Origin: Bispira polyomma | Lineage: Eukaryota | Length of the DNA: 64,000 nucleotides | Reading direction: 5' to 3' | Assembly (NCBI GenBank): GCA_965649765.1 | Contig: OZ287751.1 | Location: 77,190,001-77,254,000 of the forward strand | Part shown: piece by piece, positions 53,101 through 64,000 of the stretch | How the letters are laid out: each line of letters starts with the position of its first letter | Numbering within the stretch: position 1 is the stretch's first letter | Notes under the pieces: generated by a model | Database searches by the model: none | What the model was told of the DNA's origin: nothing | The model's input: only the letters and a program-made list of their open reading frames with translations | Position numbers and translations under genes: made by a program

Positions 53101-53679
53101 CAAAATAACTACTGAAACTGTCTTGAGCAGACAGAATTGCTACTGAAAATTGGTTTAAGCAGACAAAATTGCAATGTAAATACCATTGTCATGATATTGG
53201 CACTGTAATTATCTGCGGAAACAATTTGGAAGTAGAAAAGAGGGCATAGCTGCTGAAATAGGATTAACTAGACATAATATCTACTAAAGAACAGGTTTCA
53301 GTACACAGATTAGACACTGAAACTGGGGGAAGGAGACAGAACAGTTAGTGAAACAGGATTAAGTCACAGAATAGCAATTCAGGGTAAACAGAGTATCTAC
53401 AGAAGCAGGTCATAATAGCTACTGAAAAACAGGTTTAAGTGCACAGATTAGACATTCAAACCGGGTTAAGTAAACATAATAGCCACTGAAAAGCAGGCGT
53501 AAGCAGACAAAATAACTACTGAAACTGGCTTAAGCAGCCAGGATAGCGACAGACACTGATTTAAGCAAACAGAATAGCTACTGGAACTACCTTGAGCAGA
53601 GCGAATAGCTATCACTTTTAAATTCAAATGGACGTAGTGGCTTAAAACAATTGTGACACATTATCTACCTTCATCAGTA

Positions 53680-54306
53680 AGTCTATGCTTCCTTTCAGCA
53701 TGTTTTTCTCGGCCGATTGTTTTGCTCCCTACATAATAGAACCAAGTGCTTCCTTTCAGCATATTTGCATCGGATTCGATCTGACGTCGGCCGACGTCTG
53801 TTTGGCCAACAGTTTTTATATGTATATGAAAGCTTATTTCATTGTTATCTCTGTGCTTTTTTCCCACCAAAATCCATTAAGAAACGGCACAGATATTTAA
53901 GTTTATAGACGGGTTCCCCACTTCCCCTATTGTGAATGGTATGTCACAGCTCCGTCATAATGACATCAGTTTTCGCAGTCTTAAAAATGAGAAAGTAAAT
54001 ATAGGTACCCTTATTTAACTGTAAATATCTCAGCTGTTTCTCAACAGATTTTGGTGGAAAAAGAAGCACAGTAATCACAAAAATATAGGCTGCCATTTTT
54101 AAAGTCAACATCCGACGAATTTTGAGTATATATCTGTTTCTCAACAGATTTTGGTGGAAAAAGAAGCACAGTAATCACAAAAATATAGGCTGCCATTTTT
54201 AAAGTCAACATCCGACAAATTTTGAGTATATATCGGATGATGTCGGATCGGATTGGACACCTTCAATTCGGCCAGCATCGGAATGTGCTGAAAGAAAGCG
54301 TAGGCT
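53680..54306. mobile_element. MITE with foldback interior and internal ~99-bp tandem duplication
   Basis: TIRs agtctatgcttcctttcagca / tgctgaaagaaagcgtaggct, TA on both sides. Absent from copy 1 at ~45628. Confidence 0.85.
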
Positions 54307-55449
54307 TACGAGTTACATAGAGACAACAGTTCTTGCATACTACAAGTTTTTAAAACCAGACAATCCCCTATCATATTTTTTACTTTCAAGTAACAGTAAT
54401 TGCCACAGAGGAAAGCCATTTATACGCTTGGGTGAGCGTTCAGACTACTCAGGAAATTGTTTTAAAGTTAAAAAAAAATATATTTTCAATAGATTTTTGG
54501 CAACTCGGCCATTTTTACCTCAAGTGTAGTTTTGTCTGAATAAATATAATACAGAGATACACAAAGCCAGTGTAATAAGTAATGGGGCATTTGGGGAAAA
54601 ACATAGTGCTGTGCAGCAAGCAATAGTATTTTAATTTGTCCTAAACAAATTCTACTAAAACCTGTTCATGTTAATAAATTTTAAAAGATAAATACTCATA
54701 TGTAAAGACAGTGTGTTGTGGGTTATGATATACAGAAATAAGAAAACCACAGGAAGAGATAGCACAATCCTTGCCCCTTGGAAATATCATTTCTTGCTAT
54801 GACGTCACAAACATGGGATATATATGACGTCGATAGATCGTACTTCTAGATTGACAGCAAAAGACTGGTGGCAATTTAGTGAGACATAAAAAACCCAAAA
54901 AACTATGTCTAAATAGTTCATTCCCTAGCAGACAGTCTAAATATTTGCATACTAATCAAGGGACGAACATATAAGATATTTACCCATTTAAGTATCATTC
55001 ACCTTCATAGGGCTCAGATAAAAATGTATTGATTCTGTGATACATGGTATGGTGGTCTCTCATGCAGTCTAGTTGCTATTTGTAACTACATGGTAATTTT
55101 GTTTTTCAACCTTTTAATAGGAAATGAACAGCCTAACAGTATGGAGACCATTTAATTAGCTACAGCATATGATATACAATGCTATACATTGGTACAGAAC
55201 ATCTCGGCTGCCATGGTAACTGTATATATATATATAAACCATATTTTAAATCACGGGGCTGTCTCATCCAAAGTTACCATAGAAAGGTTATAAAAAAACA
55301 CAATCTAGTTTAACTAATTAGTGCTTTGATCCATGCAACTTGAATCATTCTAATATTATATGTATGTAATACCTAACGTTGTCATGGTAATCATATAATT
55401 GCCTATATTGAGTTATTTATAAGGGCTGAAATTGACCTCCTCAACCCAA

Positions 55450-56806
55450 TGGCCTGATCACACTTTGCTTCTGTTTTGATTACGCACAAAACTTAGCAAA
55501 CGGAAGGTAAAAGGTAAGGTTTGAGTTTGAATTTGGATATTTAACGTCCACTCTAGTACCTTTTAGTAGGTTATATTGGGACGGGTAGTGGGAAACGCTG
55601 GAGGAAATACTGCATACAGTCGGTCAAGGTTCTGCAGAGAAACCAGCGGCCCACAGTAAGGAACTACCACCTTTCCCACATAGGCATTGACGGGATTCGA
55701 ACTCACGCCGCCCAGAGGTGAGAGACCAGTGATTGTGAAGCGCAATGCTTGCTAACCACTAGGCCACCGCGGCCCCGTAAAAGGTAAGGTAAAAGGTAAG
55801 GTAGAACAATTTTTGCATATTGAACTTGTATAAATGTATGTTTGCATAATGTAGCAATCACACTGTCCATGTTCTTAGGACCATTTGAGACCCGTTCTGA
55901 GAACCTGTGTGAACTAGAGTAAACGTCTACCATCTGGGCATACACTGGGCATAAAGGGGTGACAAAAACAGGAGGTAGAGCCGGAAACCTTAAACATGCT
56001 CAAAACTTAATATCTTAATAGAACTGGTGTAAAGGGGTCTAGTCGGAGCATAAACAAGGCATAAACGGGGCTTAAACTGCTTAGAACCGGTGTAAACAGG
56101 GCTTAAACTGCTAAGAACTGGCCAGAATTGGAGTAATTTGGTGTAATCTAAAGCTAACATTACATAAACGTGTGATGAACTGTTTGGATCTGGTCTGATA
56201 AATTGGTGAGATCTGGTCAAAACTGGGCATTTACTGGGCATTAACAGGTTAAACGGGGAATAAACGGGGGATGCAAATATATGCAAACGCAAAAAAAACA
56301 TTTTCCCACCATTCTCTCCCGACCAGTCAACTTTTAATGATCGGGAGTAAACTGGTATAAACGTGGTGAGAAACTGGACAGTGTAACTGCCACATAAGTA
56401 AAACTTAAAGAAAAAATTCTTCATTTTGAACAGCACAATATGAAGGATCGTTTTGCTACGTTTTTGCAATATCCACTGATAGTATTCAACGCAATTAAAA
56501 CGTAATGAAAACGAATTTAAAAACGAATTTTGCGTATTCAATGTATTCAATGTAAGTAAAGTGATTATAACATGCTATGTCTCTATGAAATGAGATCAAA
56601 TATGTGAGGTAATTCTGTGGTGCATAATTAAAACAAATTTCAAAAATGACTTACGTCACAAACGTAGTTAACAATTCACGTGTCGAGCGTCTTAATATGC
56701 ATTAAGAACGTGATAGTAACAATTTAGTTTTCCAAATTTTCACCTTGTTTACTTCAGTTCATAAAATAAAAGCGTCAACCCAATCGTACTCAGTGTGATT
56801 GAGCTA
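55450..56806. mobile_element. Harbinger-type MITE related to family B, containing a SINE; part of a ~1.85-kb insertion (55356-57211) specific to copy 2
   Basis: Ends tggcctgatcacact / agtgtgattgagcta. Confidence 0.6.
55521..55776 (-). mobile_element. tRNA-derived SINE, family A (copy 5)
   Basis: Full-length reverse copy. 14-bp TSD gtaaaaggtaaggt (55507-55520 / 55777-55790). Confidence 0.92.
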
Positions 56807-58604
56807 TATGCAACAACACATGTGGTTTAAAAATGGTGGTTTAGTAATCTACAGATAAATGTGGAACTACTTGTGATTTGTTATAATATGAAGTTATACA
56901 CAATGTTAGAGACTTCATAATAAGCATTTTGAGATACATATCGTACTAAAGTGACAAAAAATACCTTCTCCTTCATAAGATAATATGAGTGCCTTCAATA
57001 TTATGTTTTTGAATATTTCACCTGGTTTAATTAGTGCTGCCTGTCTTTGTGGCAAGGGAGCTCTTCCCACTGTGACTTAACAGGGAGATCCATTATGTTT
57101 TAAAGCTACCATTCTAGTCATCTATTTACATGTTTATGGGATTGTCAAATAACAACTTTAATCAGAAGAATGGCAGAATGAATTTCTTTCTAGTTTACAG
57201 CTAACAGGTTCTAGAGTTTGACTTTTTATGATCTCATATAGAAAAAAAAATATTTTTCCACACTACTTGAGTATCATTTACATGTCTCGTGGGTTTTTAT
57301 TGGAAACGAGATGTGTCATGTGGTCTTGGGATTGTGTGGGGAGCACACAGGAAACCAGGATCAGTTTAATGGACTGGCCATACACTTCAAGGTCAAACTG
57401 GGGCCATAAAAAGACAGTTTGTTCTGTCTTTTATGTCATATTGCCACAAGTTCTGGTTGGGTTTACAGAAAAATTGCTAAGATATCTCTAACGTTTGTTA
57501 TTCCAAAGTTATTGGAAAGACATGTACCCTATAGATCCATTCTAGGAGACATTGGTGGGTGGATTTTTTTATCCATAAGGATGCTGACAGTGCGTCTATT
57601 AAGGATATTGTGTTCTTATTTTTGACACTGCTTACAACAAGGCATGAATTGCCCATCATTGCAATGATGGTAAAATTTATACGGGCATTGACATCACATG
57701 TGCTAAGTCACTCAGCAGTTTAGTTATAACTATATCATTCACTTCTTACTCATATTAATCAATACCTTATAAAACATTCTGTTCTGTTTGAATTTGTATA
57801 AAATGGGTATAAAAATTAAGACACACCCAAGAGAAATATGACGTTTTCATGCAAGAGTGTTTGAGTAGAACATTTATTACACAGAAGTGATTTGCTAACA
57901 GATACTTGAAACCTCTTTAAGTCACCACTTAGTCTTTGCTTAAGGACTACGTACTTGTACTGAGTTTCTGAATAAATAGTATTCTAAGTAAATATAGAAT
58001 ATCTGCAATATCTGCAACAGCATAATAAATTATTTTAATATGACATGGCAGTGTTGGTGATTCTGTTTGGGCGAAAGCCTCTGTAAAAATAACCATATAT
58101 AGACAGACGGAAATAGTCTAATATTGTCTGCTGTGTATTGGTGTCCAGTGGATATAGTTTCCTCAAGAACATAGTTTTTCCAGTAAAAACATCTTGAATT
58201 AGATAATAATGTTAATTTTGTCTTGCTAGAATAGGAAAAACACATTCCATAGCCTGATATAAGGTAATTTTTTTCACGATTGGAGGCATAGTAACACTTC
58301 GGCGAACTTTGGAATTTGTTATTTCTTAAACATAGGTTAATTCTAGCACAAATTAATAACCAGTATTACCCTTGTTTTAAGACTATAAATTCTATCAGTT
58401 CACAGCTGTAGCTTTATAGAGATTTATCCAGGACAGATTCAGATTTCCATCAGGGTATATTAGTACTTGAGTAACCAACGCCAATACTTGAGTAACTAAT
58501 GCTGGCAATTAAGTAACTAATGCCAGTACTTGAGTAACCAATGCCATTACTTGAGTAACTAATGCAAGTAATTAAGTAACTGATGCCAGTACTTGAGTAA
58601 GTAG

Positions 58605-58852
58605 TTTGAATTTGAATTTGGATATTTAACGTCCACTCTAGTACCTGTTTAGGTTATATTTGGACAGGTAGTTGGAAACGCTGGAGGAAACACTGCATAC
58701 AGTTGATCAAGGTTCTGCACTGAAACCAGCGGCCCACAGTAAGGAACTACCACCTTCCCACATAGGCATCTACAGAATTCTAACTCACGCCGCCCAGAGG
58801 TGAGAGACCAGTGATTGTTAAGCGCAATGCTTGCTAACCACTAGGCCACCGC
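58605..58852 (-). mobile_element. tRNA-derived SINE, family A (copy 6), inside the satellite
   Basis: Reverse copy lacking a few 5' bases. No clear TSD. Confidence 0.9.
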
Positions 58853-59712
58853 ACATGTCAGTACCAGAGTATGTAATGCTAGTACTTAGGTAACTAATGC
58901 TAGTACTAGTACTTAAGTAACTAATGTCAGTACTTAAGTAACTAATGCTAGTAATTAAGTAGCTAATGCTAATACTTGAGTAACCAATGCTAGTACTAGA
59001 ACTTAAATAACCGATGATAGTACTTTGGTAAATAATGCCAGTACTTGAGTAACTAATGCCAGTACTTGAGTAACTAATGCTAGTACTAATACTTGAGTAA
59101 ATAATGCCAGTACTAAAGTAACCAATGCTAGTACTAGTACTTGAGTAACCAACGCTAGTACTAGTACTTAAGTAACCAATGATAGTATTTGAGTAACTAA
59201 TGCTAGTACTCAACTAACTAACCCAGTACTTGAGTAACTAATGCCAGTACTTCAGTAACTAATGCTAGTACTTGAGTAACTGATGCCAGTACTAATACTT
59301 GAGTAACTATTGGTAGTACTACTACTTGAGTAACTGATGCTAGTACTGGTACTTCAGTAACTAGTGCTAGTAATTACATAACCAATGCTAGTACTAGTAC
59401 TGCAGTAACCAATTCCAGTACTAAATTAACTAATGCCAGTACCTGAGTAACCAATGCTGGTACTAGTATTTGCGTAATTAATGCTAGTACTTAAGTAACT
59501 TATGCCAGTACTTGAGTAATCTAGTATTAGTACTTGAATAATTAATGGTAGTACTAGTACTTGAGTAATTAATGGTAGTACTAGTAATTGAGTAACTGAG
59601 GCTAGTACAAATACTAGTACTTGAGTAACTAAGGCTAATGCTTAGGTAACTAAGGCTAGTACCTAATCTATTCTAATCTAGTCATACTTTTATAAGTAAC
59701 TAAGGCTAGTAC

Positions 59713-62700
59713 CTAATGTAATCTAATCTAGTCGTACTTTTATAGCGCTTAATCTTTGTACAACAAATTCTAAGGCGCAGCAAACCCAAAACATTAATCG
59801 AAAATCAAAAAATAGTGGGCGGATGGAAGTTGTAACCAGGACGGCTACCGTAAATGGTTGCGACGGCTAAGGTGGAAAAGCCTGTTCAAAAAGGTAGGCC
59901 TTCAGTTTACTCCTGAAAGAGGAGAAAGTTTGAGCCAGGCAAACATGATCAGGTAGGCTGTTCCAAATGAGAGGGCCATCATGAGCTAGGCAGTGATTGA
60001 ACTGAACTTTGCATTTGTGGATGCAAGGTTCGAAAGTGGGAATGTTAAGGTATAATTTATCAGGGTTACTGCGCCTTGTCCTGACTGAGCATGTATATTT
60101 GGATATATGGGGGCTAAAATAAGTGGGTAATCCAGAATTTAAAAATTTATATATTATTGTTGCTGTTTTGAAAGCAACACAATATTTTATTGGGAGCCAG
60201 TGCAGTGACTTGAGTACAGGAGTAATGTGGGAAAATTTAGAAGTTTTGGTCACAATACGTGCCAATGAGTGTTGGATATTCTGAAGGCGTCTGAGATCAC
60301 TACGAGATGAGGAACAGAACAGAGAGTTGCAGTAATCAAGTCTGCTGCTGACCAAAGCATTGGCAACAGTAATTGCAGTGGATTTGAAAAGATAGCGTCA
60401 AATCCGCCTGAAATCACGGAGGCCAACAAAACATGATCTACACACCGATGCGACATGGTTAGAGAAGGAGAATTCGGAGTCGAACACCACACCCAGATTG
60501 CTTACTTTGTCAGCTGGAAAAAACCTGCTGCCAAGAATGTCAAGTGGAAAACATCTGGACAATTTTTCCCGTTTCGACTTGGAGCCAAACAAAATAAACT
60601 CAGTCTTCTCAGTGTTCAGCTTGAGTTTATTTGCTGCCATCCAGTGTTGTACATCAACAAGGCAGTTCTGTAAGGAAGTGAAAGCTGCCTGGGCAGAGTC
60701 AGGTGTAAGGTGGATGTACAGTTGGGTATCATCAGCATAGAAGTGAAAGTTTATGTTTTTGTATGCAGCAATAATCTTGCTGAGTGGAGTGGTGTACATG
60801 GAAAACAAAATGGGACTCGGGACAGAACCTTGGGGAACACCAAATTTTAATCATGTTGGGTCGGATAAGATATTGCCAATTTTGACCGTTTGGAATTTAT
60901 CAGACAAATATGCCATGAACCACTCAAGTGCCATACCGCTGATACCAAACCAAGACGATAGGCACTCAAGAAGAACTTTGTGATCAATAGTATCAAAGGC
61001 TGCTGACAGATCCAGCAGTACTAAGGCAGTAGGCATACTTTTGGATAAAGATGTATGAACATCATTTTTGATGCAGAGTAGTGCAGTCTCAGTAGAATGA
61101 CCACTTTTGTACGCTGACTGATACTTATTGGACAAATTGCTGACATCAACATGTTGTTTGATCTGTAAGGCAACCGCGCGTTCTACCAACTTAGAGATAT
61201 AGCAAAGGGCAGGACGGTAATTTTTAAGTCAGCCTTTGGAAGAGAAGGTTTTTTTATTAAAGGAGTGACAATGGCCTTTTTAAAATTATTTGGAAAGACG
61301 CCATTTACCAACGAGAGGTTGATAAGTTTTGTGATTGAGGGCAATAAAATGTCAATACATTCCTTAACAAGGAATGTGGGCCACGGATCTAACAAGCAAG
61401 ATTTTACGGGTGATGCTAGTATGATGACTTCATCAACAGTTACTGTGGAGAAACAGTTGAAGACGGTTGGTGGAGCTGTTGGTAAAGGGGCATTTGGGGC
61501 AGCTAATGTAAAACCGTCACAGATTCTGGTAATTTTATCAGTGAAAAAAGTACTAAAAATGTTTGCCAGTGATTTGCTATTGCTATTTTCGGGTAGTATA
61601 GTCTGTTTTTTTGCGGTGAAGGGTGCTGTTTAGTTTTTGCCAAAGTTTCTTCGGGTCACCCTCACTTTGTGAGATCATGTTGGCATAGTAGGCACGTTTT
61701 GAGTCCTTTTTTGTGTTGTTGCACCGGGTGATCCATTGGCGTAGTCTCGATCTATTTGGAGTAGTTTTGTTTTGGCGCCATGTTCGTTCAGCTTGTCTGC
61801 GCAGTATCTTCATTTCACGATAATTACTGGTGATCCACTCAGGTGCAGGCTTCTTCAATATCTTTGATTTACATGGCGCATGGCGTTCTATAAGAGACTG
61901 CAGGTCAGCGCAGTACTGTGTGTATAGGTCAGCAGCATTATCAGCAGGAGACTTGACGAAGGCCGTATCTGCCAACTCTTGTCTAAGGTCAGACATAATG
62001 ATTTTTTGAAATTGCCGAAAAGTGATTTGTGTGACATCAAAAGATGGCGGAGAGGGAGCATCAATTTCAGAGGATATTAAAAAATTATCACTGATGCAAC
62101 GAATGTTTTTTATGTTTCTGATACTATTGAAATCAGTTGGAGTTAGCAGGCAGTCTAGTGCATGCCCATGAATATGGGTAGGGAAGTTTATGTGTTGGAT
62201 GAGATTGCAAGATTCCAGAACTGTGGAAAATCGATTACTATTTCCAGATGCAGTGTCTATGTGGATATTAAAATCCCCACAGAATACAGTAGGAGAGGGT
62301 TAAGAGCAAGTAAACCCAACAAAAGACATGAATTCTTCGAAAAATGTATAAGATTTGAGCCAGGAGGCAGAGACAAGGATGAGTTCAAAAGATGTAAAAT
62401 TTGGTGTAGCAACTAATTGACATTCATAGTTTTTCTTAATAAAAAATCCCACCCCTGCCCACCCTGTTTACCTACACGAGGGGTATGGAATAGCTGAAAG
62501 TCAGCTGGGGTTCAGAGAGGAATGATGGAGTATCAGAACTCCTAATGTGTGTTTCTGTGATGCCGAAAATATCTATGGAGGATGAGTCGATCAAATTAGC
62601 TATGACAGGGCCTATGAGCGGGCATTTCCAAATCCAAACTAGATTGGGCCAGGGTTTCTCGCGATATCACCTGCCAGTAGGATTGTAATAAGTTTAAATG

Positions 62701-63516
62701 AACTAGCATTTTGTGGGTAATTGATTGGGCAAAATTTAGACCGGGAATAACTGTGTGTATGAAGAGACCAGAAATGTGGAACCGGATGGCAGGACAAATT
62801 GTTTCCTTGCAGGTGGTAGTGCATTGCCGATAAATTAGACAGTGTGGAGTTGTTGCGGTAGTAGAACACAAGGGTGGACAGGTACATGATGGCAGCCCTA
62901 ATGACAAACATATTGTAAGGGGAGGAGTGAGATACAAGAATAACAACGGTAAATATATATACAGTGGTGATGGGCAGTAATAGGTGATTGTATTCAGTAC
63001 AAAAGGTGTACCGAACAGAAAAAAGAAAAAACAAAATAATAACTAACAAAGGTAAATATATATAGTGGTAATGGGCAATAATAGGAGATCGTTTTCAGTA
63101 TAACCCAAACTAGGTTAACTAGGTAAATACATATAGTATTAATAGACGATAATAGGTGATCATTTACAGTACAAAAGACAAAAATAACCCAAACTAGATT
63201 AACTAGGTAAATATGTATAGTAGTAATAGACGATAATAGGTGATCCGTTACAATACAAAAGATAAAAATAACAACAACCACAGACAATATATATAGTGGT
63301 AATGGGCATTAATAGGATATCGTTTTCAGTATCACCCAAACTGCAGAAAAAAAGAAATGTTGTACAAAGATTAAACATAAAATGACAAAAAGATTATATG
63401 CTAACTTGTGAGGAATAATTTCGAGTAAACAAAAGCCAAAAACGTGGGTATAACAGTATAACAGATTATGTTGAATTTTCAAATTTCCAATGAGATGCCG
63501 CCACAACCAGAAGTCA
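59713..63516 (-). mobile_element. Near full-length, decayed L2-clade LINE (2A-like leader, APE endonuclease, RT)
   Basis: APE motifs (GNARS, IFGITET, GDFNIH) and RT motifs (LDPWPT, FDTIDH, GVPQGSV, FYADDTQ, SRLDYCNSL, HWLP). Multiple frameshifts and stops, (TAGAT)n tail. Same family as 32494-34138. Confidence 0.95.
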
Positions 63517-64000
63517 AATACTAATATACCTAATATACCTGATTAACTAAGGCTAGTGCATATACTAGTACTTGAGTAAGTAAGGCTAATACATATACTA
63601 GTACTTGAGTAAGTAAGGCTAATACATATACTAGTACTTGAGTAACTAAGGCTAGTGCTTGAGTAACTAAGGCTAGTACCTGATTAACTAAGGCTGGTAC
63701 ATATACTACTACTAGAGTTAGTAAGGCTAGTACATGTACTAGTACTTCAGCTAGTGCTAATTAATGTCAGCTCTTAATGGACAATAGATGTGTAATTTTA
63801 GGTTTAATAAAACCTCCCCTCATTTCTTGTAGCACAGAGACTAGTACTGCAATGAGCTTGTAATCTAGGTGATCTCACCTCCCAAGTGAGACTTTAAGTG
63901 AAAGAAAACCCTTACCATTGACTGAGGATGGATTGTTTTCACAGCATGTGTTGTACAAGAACTGAATACATAGACTTGCTATGGAAAAAAGTTAAATATC

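Larger units (their letters stand above)
51685..64000 (+). repeat. Segmental duplication, copy 2 (runs off the window end)
   Basis: See copy 1. The last 200 bp match 48665-48860. Confidence 0.9.

Noticed and set aside
55990-56550. 186-aa ORF
   Set aside because: Lies inside a MITE with low-complexity internal repeats. No domain or splice signals.
58818-59213. 131-aa S/T/I/Y-rich ORF
   Set aside because: Translation of the 21-bp satellite.

Overview
This is AT-rich, repeat-dense animal genomic DNA. The repeat families suggest a lophotrochozoan, probably a mollusc (inference). Only one host gene is supportable: four minus-strand exons (30420-27957) encoding the C-terminal ~264 aa of a divergent FAD-dependent monooxygenase-like protein. 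Its 5' exons were not found. The rest is mobile DNA and duplication: six copies of a young tRNA-derived SINE, older SINEs, L2 LINEs (one near full-length with a 2A-like peptide before the endonuclease), Helentron-type elements, several MITEs, an old inverted duplication (~12.3-19.9 kb) and a tandem segmental duplication (~39.1-48.9 kb vs ~51.7-64 kb). Two observations stand out. (1) A 3.8-kb ORF-less DIRS1-type element (ITRs plus internal complementary region, empty site present in the paralogous copy) carries ~12 x 96-bp units, each folding into two stem-loops with compensatory changes. (2) A ~60-bp segment between 14-bp inverted repeats lies in opposite orientations in the two duplicated copies. 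Most ORFs in the supplied track are spurious or LINE-derived. All alignments were done by eye, so repeat boundaries are approximate.
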